From the IMG/VR virus record IMGVR_UViG_3300022407_004562, positions 1 through 45,743 of that record: 45,743 nt of DNA. One strand, written 5' to 3'. Positions within the stretch are counted from its first letter, which is position 1. Every line of letters starts with the position of its first letter. Shown here piece after piece: positions 36,602 through 45,061 of this stretch. The notes beneath the pieces are model-generated. The model searched no databases. It was given only the letters and a program-made list of their open reading frames with translations, and was not told the origin of the DNA. The position numbers were made by a program, and so were the translations under genes. This DNA comes from a virus. Its lineage: Duplodnaviria > Caudoviricetes.

Positions 36602-36864
36602 AGCGGTGCGTATATGAGGGTGTAGAGGGCGATTAGGCGGCAGTTGAGGAGTTCGTCGTGAGCTAAGTCGTCGCGCCTGCGAAAATAAAGCAAAGCACAA
36701 CCTGGCTCCGTTTGGAAATAATGAAAGAGAATTTCTTTACATTCTTTTTGAAGTTGCTCTGAGGCTGTTGTGTCTTCAATTGCTGGGCAGATCCAGTTAG
36801 TATTTTTGCCAAGATATTCGAGGGCTTCTTTAAAGCACTTCCGATGTTGTTTTGTGATTTTCAT
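36598..36864 (-). CDS. Hypothetical protein
   Basis: 88 aa; ATGA coupling. Confidence 0.55.
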   Translation of the reverse strand: MKITKQHRKCFKEALEYLGKNTNWICPAIEDTTASEQLQKECKEILFHYFQTEPGCALLYFRRRDDLAHDELLNCRLIALYTLIYAPL

Positions 36865-37061
36865 TTTGTAAAGCGGTAACGGTTTTCAAGGTTGTCCCAA
36901 GTGAATCGGCGACCGTCGTGGAGTTGACCGCCGGTGGCGAAACCGGAGGAGTCGGTTTGAACGGAGCGGTATTCGATGCCGAACTTGTGCCAGTCGCGTG
37001 GGAGGATTTTGCGGAGAGGCTTGAGGTCGTCGAGGGTGGGTTTGGTAATGAAGGTGTGCAT
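36861..37061 (-). CDS. Hypothetical protein
   Basis: 66 aa. Confidence 0.55.
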   Translation of the reverse strand: MHTFITKPTLDDLKPLRKILPRDWHKFGIEYRSVQTDSSGFATGGQLHDGRRFTWDNLENRYRFTK

Positions 37062-37079
37062 GGGAGGGAGGGTGATGGG

Positions 37080-38009
37080 TTATTTCTCGCAGGGTTCCCA
37101 TGCGTCAGGGTTCCATTTGCCGGTGAGGGGGATGGAGCGGTTGATGAGGAAGTCCCGTTGAAGCACTGCGTAGATAATCACGCTGCCGTTTGAAAGTGTC
37201 AGGTCTGCCGCCGACACCCCAGTCACAAGATACCAAGAATCTGTGCGCGTTTTAGCCTTCACCACGCTCCCCGGTGGCACATCCTCCGGCCCAAGCGGCA
37301 CCTTGGGCTTTGGCTCGCGGGTTTTGGGGACGCGGTAGGCGATGATGTCGGTTTCAACAGCAAGATGCTCCCATCGGCGCAAGGATGGTTGTCCACATTT
37401 CTGCTTGTGGCCATGCCTCATCTTGAACTCCCATTCCTCCACCTCCTCGTCTTTCAACGGGCACTCTCCGCCGTGCCACTCGATCCACGGGATTTCGTCG
37501 GGTTTGATGCGGTAGTTTTCAGGCGTGCAAATCCATGACGGGCTTCCGACGTCATTCCATTCGCAGCCGTCGAAAAACTCGATCTTCTTCCCCGCCGCGT
37601 GCGCTTTCTTCAACTCGGCGTAGGGGTCGGGCGCGGGAGGCCACGGGACGGAGAGATGGAGGCGGCATGTGATTTTCTCGTTGTATCGTGGCACTGTTAC
37701 ACCCCGGCCTCCACCGGCATTCCACTGGCCTCGATACCAGTATTCATAAGCCTTCGGCAACTCCTCACCGATGACAGCCAACCGATACCCGACCCCCACC
37801 TGCTCCGCCGTCAGGTTGTCTGGGTTATGGAGTGGGCGATTGTCGGGCGGCGTGGCGAGGACGAGGCGGATCGGGAATCCTTGTGATACGAAATTGAAAG
37901 CACCATTGCTGGAGCACTTATACCATGTGCCGTCACGCTGTTGCCATTCCATAGGATGCCCAGTTTTAATGATGTCGGCGGCGAGGCGGAGTTGTGCGGG
38001 TGTGCTCAT
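37080..38009 (-). CDS. Trp-rich modular hypothetical protein
   Basis: 309 aa; modules such as AHAAGKKIEF...W...YRIKP and WIEWHGGECP...DIIAYRV common in phage early proteins. Confidence 0.7.
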   Translation of the reverse strand: MSTPAQLRLAADIIKTGHPMEWQQRDGTWYKCSSNGAFNFVSQGFPIRLVLATPPDNRPLHNPDNLTAEQVGVGYRLAVIGEELPKAYEYWYRGQWNAGGGRGVTVPRYNEKITCRLHLSVPWPPAPDPYAELKKAHAAGKKIEFFDGCEWNDVGSPSWICTPENYRIKPDEIPWIEWHGGECPLKDEEVEEWEFKMRHGHKQKCGQPSLRRWEHLAVETDIIAYRVPKTREPKPKVPLGPEDVPPGSVVKAKTRTDSWYLVTGVSAADLTLSNGSVIIYAVLQRDFLINRSIPLTGKWNPDAWEPCEK

Positions 38010-38010
38010 C

Positions 38011-38409
38011 TTAATTCTCTCCTTTCACTGCCGCGAGGCTTTGTTTGGTTGTCATGAGGGTGGATTGCAGGGTTTTTTCTTGCAGTTGGAGATCAAAGAA
38101 CAACCGCTTGGCTTTGCTGTCCATCTGCTTACCTTCCGTGGCTTTGCGGAGTTCTTCCGTTTCGCGGGCGTTCCAAGTGAGTTCGAGTTCGAGACGCTTG
38201 ATGCGCTTCTGCAGGATGTTGGGACGCTTGAGTGTTCTGCGAAGCTTCCGCGCGATGGTTACAGGATCGAGCCGTCCGGGAATGGGTTCGCCTCGCTTAC
38301 CGATATTGAAAATGTCGGCGCCAGCGTGTTGGCGGTTCTGGAGTTTGCGAAGGCGGAGGTTTTGGGCGTAGGTGTTGGTAAGGACTGTGTCGAGTTTGCT
38401 TGTTTTCAT
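38011..38409 (-). CDS. Basic coiled-coil hypothetical protein
   Basis: 132 aa. Confidence 0.6.
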   Translation of the reverse strand: MKTSKLDTVLTNTYAQNLRLRKLQNRQHAGADIFNIGKRGEPIPGRLDPVTIARKLRRTLKRPNILQKRIKRLELELTWNARETEELRKATEGKQMDSKAKRLFFDLQLQEKTLQSTLMTTKQSLAAVKGEN

Positions 38410-38506
38410 ATTGCTATGAGGTTTGTGGTTTAATGGTTATTGGCTTCGCACCGCAAGATTTGAGAACTGTTTATGAGCTCCCGCACCTTGCGGTGCTGGG
38501 AAGGGT

Positions 38507-38656
38507 TTAAGCGAGCTCAGCCAAGCGGGCTTCGGCGGCTTTGCGTGCTTTGTTAAGGGTTTTGGAGGAGATGTATTTCCACTGCTTGATGGTGTTCAAG
38601 ATGGTGTGGATTTCAGTGGAGGTTTTGGCTTCGCGGATTTGGTCAATAGCACTCAT
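38507..38656 (-). CDS. Small protein (not in ORF track)
   Basis: 49 aa MSAIDQIREAK...RLAELA with a strong AC-rich leader. Confidence 0.65.
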   Translation of the reverse strand: MSAIDQIREAKTSTEIHTILNTIKQWKYISSKTLNKARKAAEARLAELA

Positions 38657-38742
38657 GGTGTTTGGTTTGTTTGTGTTTGTTGCTCTATCTCATCAGGGCT
38701 GGGTGAGCAGGTCCAGCCGACGGGCGGGAGGCCCGTTTCGAT

Positions 38743-38904
38743 TTATGCGTGTGTGAGGAAGTGTTTGTTTGGCTCTGGGGTGATTACTCGCGGCCAGCCT
38801 TTGAGGTTGAGGGATTTGAGGAGCTTGGAGGCGTGTTGAGGGGATTTTTTGAGTTCGTCGAGCTGGGGTTGGGTGATGGGAGTGGGTTTGGCGTAGGGGC
38901 TCAT
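38743..38904 (-). CDS. Small hypothetical protein
   Basis: 53 aa from ATG 38904. Confidence 0.5.
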   Translation of the reverse strand: MSPYAKPTPITQPQLDELKKSPQHASKLLKSLNLKGWPRVITPEPNKHFLTHA

Positions 38905-39050
38905 GGGAGGGTGATGTGGGTTGTTGGTTTGTTGAGAGGGAGGGTTTGCTTGAGGGCGAGGAATTTCTTTCGCCAAGTGTGGGTGTTGTCCTGTTTGTGG
39001 GAACGAGGGAGGAATGCGCGGTAGGTGAGGATGGCGGTTTGGGTGGTCAT
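38901..39050 (-). CDS. Small hypothetical protein (not in ORF track)
   Basis: 49 aa MTTQTAILTY...; ATGA overlaps at both ends. Confidence 0.5.
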   Translation of the reverse strand: MTTQTAILTYRAFLPRSHKQDNTHTWRKKFLALKQTLPLNKPTTHITLP

Positions 39051-39361
39051 GGTGTGAGGCGGTTGATGTTCCATTGGATGAAAGCTTGGCGGATGAGGAA
39101 GTCGTCTTTCGGTGATGTTGTGTTAAACAGGACGTCATTAGGCGCAATTTCCCACTCACGTGGAATTACAGCGGCTATTTGATGACCTTCAGTCGTGTAA
39201 TATTGCTCAGCTAGTTGGTGGAGCTGTTCTCGCGTTGTTGGATCGCTCCAGGCAAGGTTAAACTCAGCGCTTCTGTGGCAGAGGAAGTTCATGCCACGGA
39301 CATTTTGACCATATTGGTCTTGAAGCTTTTTCCAGAAACTTAGGTCGTTGATTGGATTCAT
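39047..39361 (-). CDS. Hypothetical protein, paralog A
   Basis: Similar to 39570-39881. Confidence 0.7.
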   Translation of the reverse strand: MNPINDLSFWKKLQDQYGQNVRGMNFLCHRSAEFNLAWSDPTTREQLHQLAEQYYTTEGHQIAAVIPREWEIAPNDVLFNTTSPKDDFLIRQAFIQWNINRLTP

Positions 39362-39573
39362 AGTTCTTGCTGTGTGGTTCGGGTGTAACGATCGTTGATG
39401 GTGATCTTGAACTCAGGGGAGTGGAAACGTTCGCGGAGCTTCTGGAGGGCGATTTCACCTTGGGGTTGTTCCATCCAATCCGTGCGGAAGAGGAAGAAAT
39501 AGGGTGGGCCAGCGGAATCGTGCGGAGTCTTGAGCGGGTTGCGGATAGAGATGGAGATTTGAGTGTGGTTCAT
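39358..39573 (-). CDS. Hypothetical protein
   Basis: 71 aa; ATGA coupling. Confidence 0.6.
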   Translation of the reverse strand: MNHTQISISIRNPLKTPHDSAGPPYFFLFRTDWMEQPQGEIALQKLRERFHSPEFKITINDRYTRTTQQEL

Positions 39574-39881
39574 GAGTGCATTAAACGTTGGATGTTCCAG
39601 AGGAGAAAGCGGTTGCGGATCTTGCGGTGATTGTTGAAGCCGGGAGCTTCGAACAGGCTGTCGTGATGGCGTGGGCTGAGGGTTTGGTTTTCATCTTCCG
39701 GTGGAGGTGAGAGCTTGAAGAATTGTTTTCCAAGCTCTTGGATTGTTGAGCGGAATTCAAGCTCTTGCCAGGCTTGTTTGAAGGTTGGACTTCCATTGCA
39801 GAGATAGCAATGGGTGGTGCAATTGGAGTTAAACTCGCCCGCAACGGTGAGCCAGAATTGAAGATCGGTTTGTGGGTTCAT
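39570..39881 (-). CDS. Hypothetical protein, paralog B
   Basis: Similar to 39047-39361. Confidence 0.7.
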   Translation of the reverse strand: MNPQTDLQFWLTVAGEFNSNCTTHCYLCNGSPTFKQAWQELEFRSTIQELGKQFFKLSPPPEDENQTLSPRHHDSLFEAPGFNNHRKIRNRFLLWNIQRLMHS

Positions 39882-40099
39882 GAATTTTCGTGGTAAGAGT
39901 AGATTTGTTTCGCTGTGGAAGGCTTGGAGCCTTTGAGGATGGAAAAACCGGTGTAGCCGTTAAGGGCTTTGCGTTTGGCAAGTTCTTCATAGCCATCCGC
40001 TGCAAGGTTATTCAGAGACTTACGTCCGTCAAGGCGAATCCAAGCAAAGCTGCCGAGGGCTTCGCGGTGGTTGATTAGAAAGACAAGGAAGGTTTTCAT
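39878..40099 (-). CDS. Hypothetical protein
   Basis: 73 aa; ATGA coupling. Confidence 0.6.
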   Translation of the reverse strand: MKTFLVFLINHREALGSFAWIRLDGRKSLNNLAADGYEELAKRKALNGYTGFSILKGSKPSTAKQIYSYHENS

Positions 40100-40470
40100 G
40101 GTTCAAATTGGGCTTTCATTCGCTCGATTGTGGCAAGCGGAACGTTGTGGATAGATTGAAATGGACTTTTGACTGTGATTTCAACAAGGTTCCAGTTGGC
40201 TTCCTTTGCAAATTGGATGTAAGTATCCATTTCCCAGCGTTTGACAAACGTGTTGGCTACGGCCACTGGTTCAGTCTGGTGCAGCATTCGTGCAGCACAC
40301 TTGGCTTGGCAGAACTTGTGTGCATCTGCAAGGCGGGTGCGGTCAAACTGGTATTCGCCGTTTTGATAAAAGAACTGGTCTGCTTCACAGATGTTTTCTT
40401 CTTTGACAAGCCTGCGGGCGAGGGTGGATTTACCGCTGCCAGGAAGTCCGCGGATGAGATAGAGAGTCAT
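40096..40470 (-). CDS. Small P-loop kinase (AAA_33/N4BP2-like)
   Basis: LYLIRGLPGSGKST, EADQFF, AHKFCQ, VANTF, HNVP...IERM. Confidence 0.85.
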   Translation of the reverse strand: MTLYLIRGLPGSGKSTLARRLVKEENICEADQFFYQNGEYQFDRTRLADAHKFCQAKCAARMLHQTEPVAVANTFVKRWEMDTYIQFAKEANWNLVEITVKSPFQSIHNVPLATIERMKAQFEP

Positions 40471-40518
40471 AGGGTGGAAAGTTAACTGTTAACCGCACCT
40501 AGCGGTGTTGAGGAAGGG

Positions 40519-40725
40519 TTAATTGATCCGTGGCAACACGTCACTCAAAAGCAACTCACCACTGGTGAGCGGGCAAGTGCCGAAGAGAGCAAGGAAGGAT
40601 TCAAGATCTTTTGTCTCCCAATCGCTCCAAGTGTCGAGCTTAAACTCAACATGGGTGCAGAAAAGGTTAATGGACCAGAGACGCCCGAAAGCGGTGAAGT
40701 GCCAAGTGGCGAGGAGCGGGTTCAT
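40519..40725 (-). CDS. Hypothetical protein
   Basis: 68 aa. Confidence 0.5.
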   Translation of the reverse strand: MNPLLATWHFTAFGRLWSINLFCTHVEFKLDTWSDWETKDLESFLALFGTCPLTSGELLLSDVLPRIN

Positions 40726-40916
40726 AGGGTTGAACTAGTTGTTTCTGGTTTCCAAAGTTCCGCGTGGCGAGCGATTAGCCCGTTTGGATGCGCGGTAATG
40801 TGCTTAGTTACACGAGTGATAAATTCGCTGCTCCAATCGTAGTTATGTGGTTGAAACAAATCCCAATGAAAACCATTAGGACCAAAGAAAACTTTAAGCA
40901 TTTGAATAAGGCTCAT
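40722..40916 (-). CDS. Hypothetical protein
   Basis: 64 aa. Confidence 0.5.
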   Translation of the reverse strand: MSLIQMLKVFFGPNGFHWDLFQPHNYDWSSEFITRVTKHITAHPNGLIARHAELWKPETTSSTL

Positions 40917-40965
40917 AGGGTGGCTGGTTTGCGGTTAACTGTTAGCGCTGGCGCGCGCTGGTTAA

Positions 40966-41154
40966 TCAATAGGCAAGCAGTGTAACTTTTCTGTTCACTA
41001 ACCGCTCTATCTCCGTAAGATTTTCATGCAGCCATTGTTTATAGGCAGGTAGAACTGCATTTGCATTATAAGTTATGCAGGCTTGGTTTTCTTCATCAAC
41101 GTTGATGTAGGTTTCACCAAAGGGAGTTTCTAGCACGTAATGTGTGATTTGCAT
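40966..41154 (-). CDS. Hypothetical protein
   Basis: 62 aa; AC-rich leader. Confidence 0.55.
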   Translation of the reverse strand: MQITHYVLETPFGETYINVDEENQACITYNANAVLPAYKQWLHENLTEIERLVNRKVTLLAY

Positions 41155-41178
41155 ATAGTTAATTGGTTTGTTGTTTGC

Positions 41179-41706
41179 TTACACAAGTCCCTTAAGTGGA
41201 TCCTCTCCGTTGATCTTGTCCTCCAAGAGTTTCAAGAGCTTCTGGCCCTTGGCTTTGCGTGCTTCTTCCGGGACTTCCAGCATCGCACTCAATCCCACCT
41301 CTCGGACGGATTTCTTAAACCCGCCGAGCAGGACCAACTTGCGGACCAACTGTTTCTCCGGGCGGGTGAACAAGAAAGCCTCAACCGCTCGCGCGACGCG
41401 CTCGAGTTTCTTCGCGTCCTTGGCATCGCTTTCATCCCAGAACCAATGACTCCCCTTCTCCGGCTTATGATGCCCTGCGGCACCGCGGAGGCCACACTTA
41501 ATGGGGGCAGTATTGGTATGCCCGAAAGACCGAGAGGCGTGTTCGCGGGCTACGCTTATCCTCACGGACTCGCGGATGATTTGGCGGGAGACAGTTTGGA
41601 TTTTGTCGGTGATGAGTGCGCGGGTGAAGTGGTCGGAGGGGTCAAGGGCGTCTAGGCGGGTTTGCAACTCACTGCGGAGCTTTTGGAGGTTTACTTGAGG
41701 GGACAT
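41179..41706 (-). CDS. Hypothetical early protein
   Basis: 175 aa, basic. Confidence 0.65.
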   Translation of the reverse strand: MSPQVNLQKLRSELQTRLDALDPSDHFTRALITDKIQTVSRQIIRESVRISVAREHASRSFGHTNTAPIKCGLRGAAGHHKPEKGSHWFWDESDAKDAKKLERVARAVEAFLFTRPEKQLVRKLVLLGGFKKSVREVGLSAMLEVPEEARKAKGQKLLKLLEDKINGEDPLKGLV

Positions 41707-41726
41707 ATTGCTATGTGGTGTTTGGT

Positions 41727-42005
41727 TTAACTTATGAGGTAGTTAATTGAGTCGAGGGCGGCGGTGATTTTGGAGTAAGCGGTGAAGTCACGGTTGGGGC
41801 TACGGTCGTAGGCACCATATTGTTTTATGTAATGGAGCCAGTCCCACTTTAGCCCGTTGTCGATGGCGGAGTTAGGGCCGGTGGGCGGGAGGGCGTTTAT
41901 GTAGGCTTCGCTGTAGCCGTCATCACTTTCGCGGGACATGATTTCTTGGTCAATTTGAGCTTTTAGCTGGCCTAGTTCAACGTTGGAAAGCTTTGTGAGG
42001 TTCAT
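41727..42005 (-). CDS. Hypothetical early protein
   Basis: 92 aa from ATG 42005. Confidence 0.6.
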   Translation of the reverse strand: MNLTKLSNVELGQLKAQIDQEIMSRESDDGYSEAYINALPPTGPNSAIDNGLKWDWLHYIKQYGAYDRSPNRDFTAYSKITAALDSINYLIS

Positions 42006-42116
42006 GGATGTTTGGGTTATGTGGGTTGAGGTGGTGATTAACCGCACGTGGCCGTGCTGGAAGGGAAAAGGTTTTCTGGCGGGCGGGAGGCTGTGGAATA
42101 GTTGCTTGCGCCGCAA

Positions 42117-42233
42117 GCAAACAAACAAGCGGCATACATGCAAGGGTGGGGGGGGGGGGTTAAATTGATATAAAAAAAATTTAGCACAATGTCAGCCCCC
42201 CCCCCCCCCTGTTTTTGCCGTATGTTTGTTTGC
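42117..42233. repeat. Imperfect inverted repeat enclosing G12 and C14 tracts
   Basis: 42117-42134 vs 42216-42233 (16/18 complementary); G12 at 42148-42159 and C14 at 42196-42209; AT-rich centre. Confidence 0.85.
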
Positions 42234-42417
42234 GTGCCGGGAAGGGTTAAATGGCAAAAGGGCATTAGGCGCATCTCCCGCCCGCTAGGGTGAACGGCTT
42301 AATGCCCGCCCAAAGCGCGCCTAAAGGCAAACAAACGCGGGCAAAGGGCAAAGGGCTCTCGTTTTTCTCACTTTGCCCTCTCAATCTTCCCGTTTCCCCT
42401 CTTTCGCATGAGCCTAG

Positions 42418-42459
42418 AAAAGGAGGCACGTAGGGCAATCACTCGCCCTCCATGCCTCC
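42418..42459 (-). terminator. Intrinsic terminator
   Basis: GGAGGCATG...CGTGCCTCC stem with inner GGGC/GCCC, followed by TTTT on the minus strand. Confidence 0.6.
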
Positions 42460-42477
42460 ATGTTCTACCCTCTCGCG

Positions 42478-42933
42478 TTACGCCAGCGCCGCCAGCACTT
42501 CAGCCCTCCCGCTTGACGCTTTCGCGGCTTTCTCCTCCGGGCGTTTGCCACAGATAGCCTTCACCTGCTCATCCGTCGCATTCGGAACCAATCCCCGGAA
42601 TTGCGCCACCTTCTCATCCCATGCCTTCTGCCGCGCTTCCAAGGTCACACCGCCGCCGGTTTTCCGTTCAAGCCTCGCGTTAAACGTGGCCATCGCCTTT
42701 TCATAATCCCATCCTTCCTCCATCGCCCATCCCGCCTCCACCCGAGCTTTGGCCGGAAGAATGCAGGTGAACAGTGCCGTAGGCAATCCACCCGGACTGG
42801 TCGCAAGCTCCGCGTCATACTCATCCGCGCTCTTGCTAATCACTTCCACCAAAAACGCCGCAAGCTCATCCTGCGGAATTGCCATTTCAAACGCGGTCTT
42901 TTCACTCTTACCTTTGATAATGATATTCTTCAT
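42478..42933 (-). CDS. Hypothetical protein, first gene of the leftward arm
   Basis: 151 aa from ATG 42933; lies between a strong promoter and a terminator. Confidence 0.7.
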   Translation of the reverse strand: MKNIIIKGKSEKTAFEMAIPQDELAAFLVEVISKSADEYDAELATSPGGLPTALFTCILPAKARVEAGWAMEEGWDYEKAMATFNARLERKTGGGVTLEARQKAWDEKVAQFRGLVPNATDEQVKAICGKRPEEKAAKASSGRAEVLAALA

Positions 42934-43048
42934 AACGTGTATTAGAACGCAATGAATCACGCCGTGAAGGAATCGCCCTCCACTGCCGCGTGCGTTGCGC
43001 TCTAGTCACGCCGGGAGCCTGTCACGCATCCCGACTAACTTTTATTAA

Positions 43049-43078
43049 ATATCAAAGAACCACCGGGCACCCTGCCCG
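43049..43078 (-). promoter_or_regulatory. boxB-like hairpin plus boxA-like sequence
   Basis: CGGGCA-GGG-TGCCCG then GTTCTTTGATAT in the leader downstream of the promoter. Confidence 0.4.
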
Positions 43079-43138
43079 TTGCGCAAGGCGGCATCCGACC
43101 GCTTCACTGCGCGCATCCGTATTTCACAGATACCCATA

Positions 43139-43167
43139 ACTATACCATACCACCGGCACTTTGTCAA
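43139..43167 (-). promoter_or_regulatory. Strong sigma70-type promoter
   Basis: TTGACA-N17-TATAGT with extended -10 TG. Confidence 0.8.
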
Positions 43168-43522
43168 CCCCGTTATCCCGATTCCCCTTTATTCGATTCC
43201 GAACTAACCCTTCCCACCGCTACTGCGTCTCAATCTCAATCCCTGTTGCAACCGAGTCTCAATCTCACTTGGGTTCCCTTTGCCCTAGGGGGCTTTGGGT
43301 TCTATATTATATCCCCCACACTCGCGCGGAGAAAAGCTCTCCGGGACTCATGAAAGCGGGAAAAGGGGATTCACGCTCGCCCTTGACAACCCGCATCCCG
43401 CGTGCGAAGCTCCCGCATGTCCGCCCGCCCTCGCGTTACCGCAAACCCACAAGCTCTCCCGCCCACAATCTACTTCGTGCGAGACAGCGAGAAGAAATGA
43501 TTGGTCAAACCCGCTTACCGAT

Positions 43523-44239
43523 ATGCTAAATCTAGGTCTTAAACTCAAAATGGCTAAAGGTCCAGGTGGGGTTTCTGGGCTTAGTGATGACACGTCGCTT
43601 TCCGCTTACACGATTGACTCGGAAGATGTGCTGAGCCTGAGCAACATCCAGCGCGGGAACGGTGTGACAGAAGTGCCCGTGTCTGCGACGCCGACGCATC
43701 CGGGTGCTACGCGCACGATCAATGGCAGCAGCGATCCCGATCCGGTGACAATGGCGCTCTCGACGGGTGACAACGCCTGCACGGTCACGGTGACGGCTGA
43801 GGATGGCGTGACGACGGAGGATCACATCGTGACGGTGCGCAGGCTGACTGCGGGCGTGCAGGAAATCACAAGAATCCCTTTTGGCGCAACGAGTGGGAGC
43901 AGCTTTGTCACGGGCGGCGTTGGCATTGGTTTGATTCTGACCAATGAAACTGCCAGCGTGGGCTTTTGGGCGAATGCAGGCAACAGCGAGTCGCAGCCCG
44001 ATTGGAGCGCAGACGGAGCGACTGCCTACAAGGAAGTCGCCATAGACTCGGGCATGGACTCAGCGGGCGTAGCTGCTGCTTTTCAGGCGGAATTTTCAAC
44101 TTCGGGTTTTAGCGTAGCCAACCCAACGTCAGACACCGTCGATGCCACCTGCCTCACCCCCGGCGCGAGGCCGGATGCCGTAGATAAAACCGGATTCCTT
44201 AGCCTGACGATCATCCAGCCGGGTGAAAACCCCTCCTAA
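43523..44239 (+). CDS. Virion protein with cadherin-like beta-sandwich domain
   Basis: DTSLSAY...VSATPTHPGAT...LSTGDN..TVTVTAEDGVTTEDHIVTVRR; likely start ATG 43523. Confidence 0.7.
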   Translation: MLNLGLKLKMAKGPGGVSGLSDDTSLSAYTIDSEDVLSLSNIQRGNGVTEVPVSATPTHPGATRTINGSSDPDPVTMALSTGDNACTVTVTAEDGVTTEDHIVTVRRLTAGVQEITRIPFGATSGSSFVTGGVGIGLILTNETASVGFWANAGNSESQPDWSADGATAYKEVAIDSGMDSAGVAAAFQAEFSTSGFSVANPTSDTVDATCLTPGARPDAVDKTGFLSLTIIQPGENPS

Positions 44240-44248
44240 TTTCCCATC

Positions 44249-44641
44249 ATGAACACCGCCCTCATCCTCGAACAGCTCGCCATCATTGAAGCCGCCTCCG
44301 CGCTTATTCGTGCAGAAGTCACGCCACCGCCTCCTCCTGTGCCACCAACGCCCACTCTCGCCGTGGCAACGCATTACGGCTGGGATGCATTGACCTTTGA
44401 GTTTGCGGCTGCTGCTGCGGATGGTGGTGCGTTCTCGATGCAGTATCGCGCGCACGAGTCGGACACGACGGGGCACGGCCCGCAAGAGTGGACAGACCTG
44501 CAGACCACCGGTGTGCCAAATCTGAGCGTGCCCAACTCCGCCAATCGCATCCTTGAAGTGCGCGCCTGGTGCGAGCGCGAAGGGGCCAGATCGGAAGATA
44601 CGTCATTAGTTCTTAACTTGAATGACTATTTGCCCGCTTAA
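44249..44641 (+). CDS. Hypothetical protein (FN3/Ig-like C-terminus)
   Basis: Helix, poly-Pro linker, then a beta domain (QYRA...EVRAW). Confidence 0.6.
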   Translation: MNTALILEQLAIIEAASALIRAEVTPPPPPVPPTPTLAVATHYGWDALTFEFAAAAADGGAFSMQYRAHESDTTGHGPQEWTDLQTTGVPNLSVPNSANRILEVRAWCEREGARSEDTSLVLNLNDYLPA

Positions 44642-44647
44642 TTAACT

Positions 44648-44989
44648 ATGAGCCAACAACTCACAGCAACTCTTAAATCCCTCGGCGTCACTCCGTGGCA
44701 ATTGTTCCTCGGCATCGCTTGCATTGGCTCTTGGTGGGCCACGGTGCAGCCGCTTCCAGGTCAACTCAGCAAACTCACTGAAACAGTCCAGGTTCTCACC
44801 ACTAAGGTTGAAATCCACACCGTCCTGCTCGCTGAGATTGCTGAAGTGAAGTCTGACCTTAAAGACATCCGCGCGGAGATCGCCGCTCTGCGCTTCAAAA
44901 GTGCCTCAACCAAGACCTCCCCACAGCTCGAATCTCGCTTGCCTGAACAAAATGAACTCTCTCCTCGCCGTGATCTCGTAAACCCATAA
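44648..44989 (+). CDS. Holin/antiholin-like membrane protein
   Basis: One TM segment (WQLFLGIACIGSWW) plus coiled coil; upstream of the endolysin. Confidence 0.5.
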   Translation: MSQQLTATLKSLGVTPWQLFLGIACIGSWWATVQPLPGQLSKLTETVQVLTTKVEIHTVLLAEIAEVKSDLKDIRAEIAALRFKSASTKTSPQLESRLPEQNELSPRRDLVNP

Positions 44990-45061
44990 CGTTTATTGGA
45001 TCATCCCCGTGGTCGTGTGCCTCCTTTGGGGCGCGATCTGGTTGATTAACTTTAAAACACC

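Noticed and set aside
43383-43411. Rightward promoter TTGACA-N17-GAAGCT for the late arm
   Set aside because: Perfect -35 but poor -10; plausible by position but not supportable from sequence alone.
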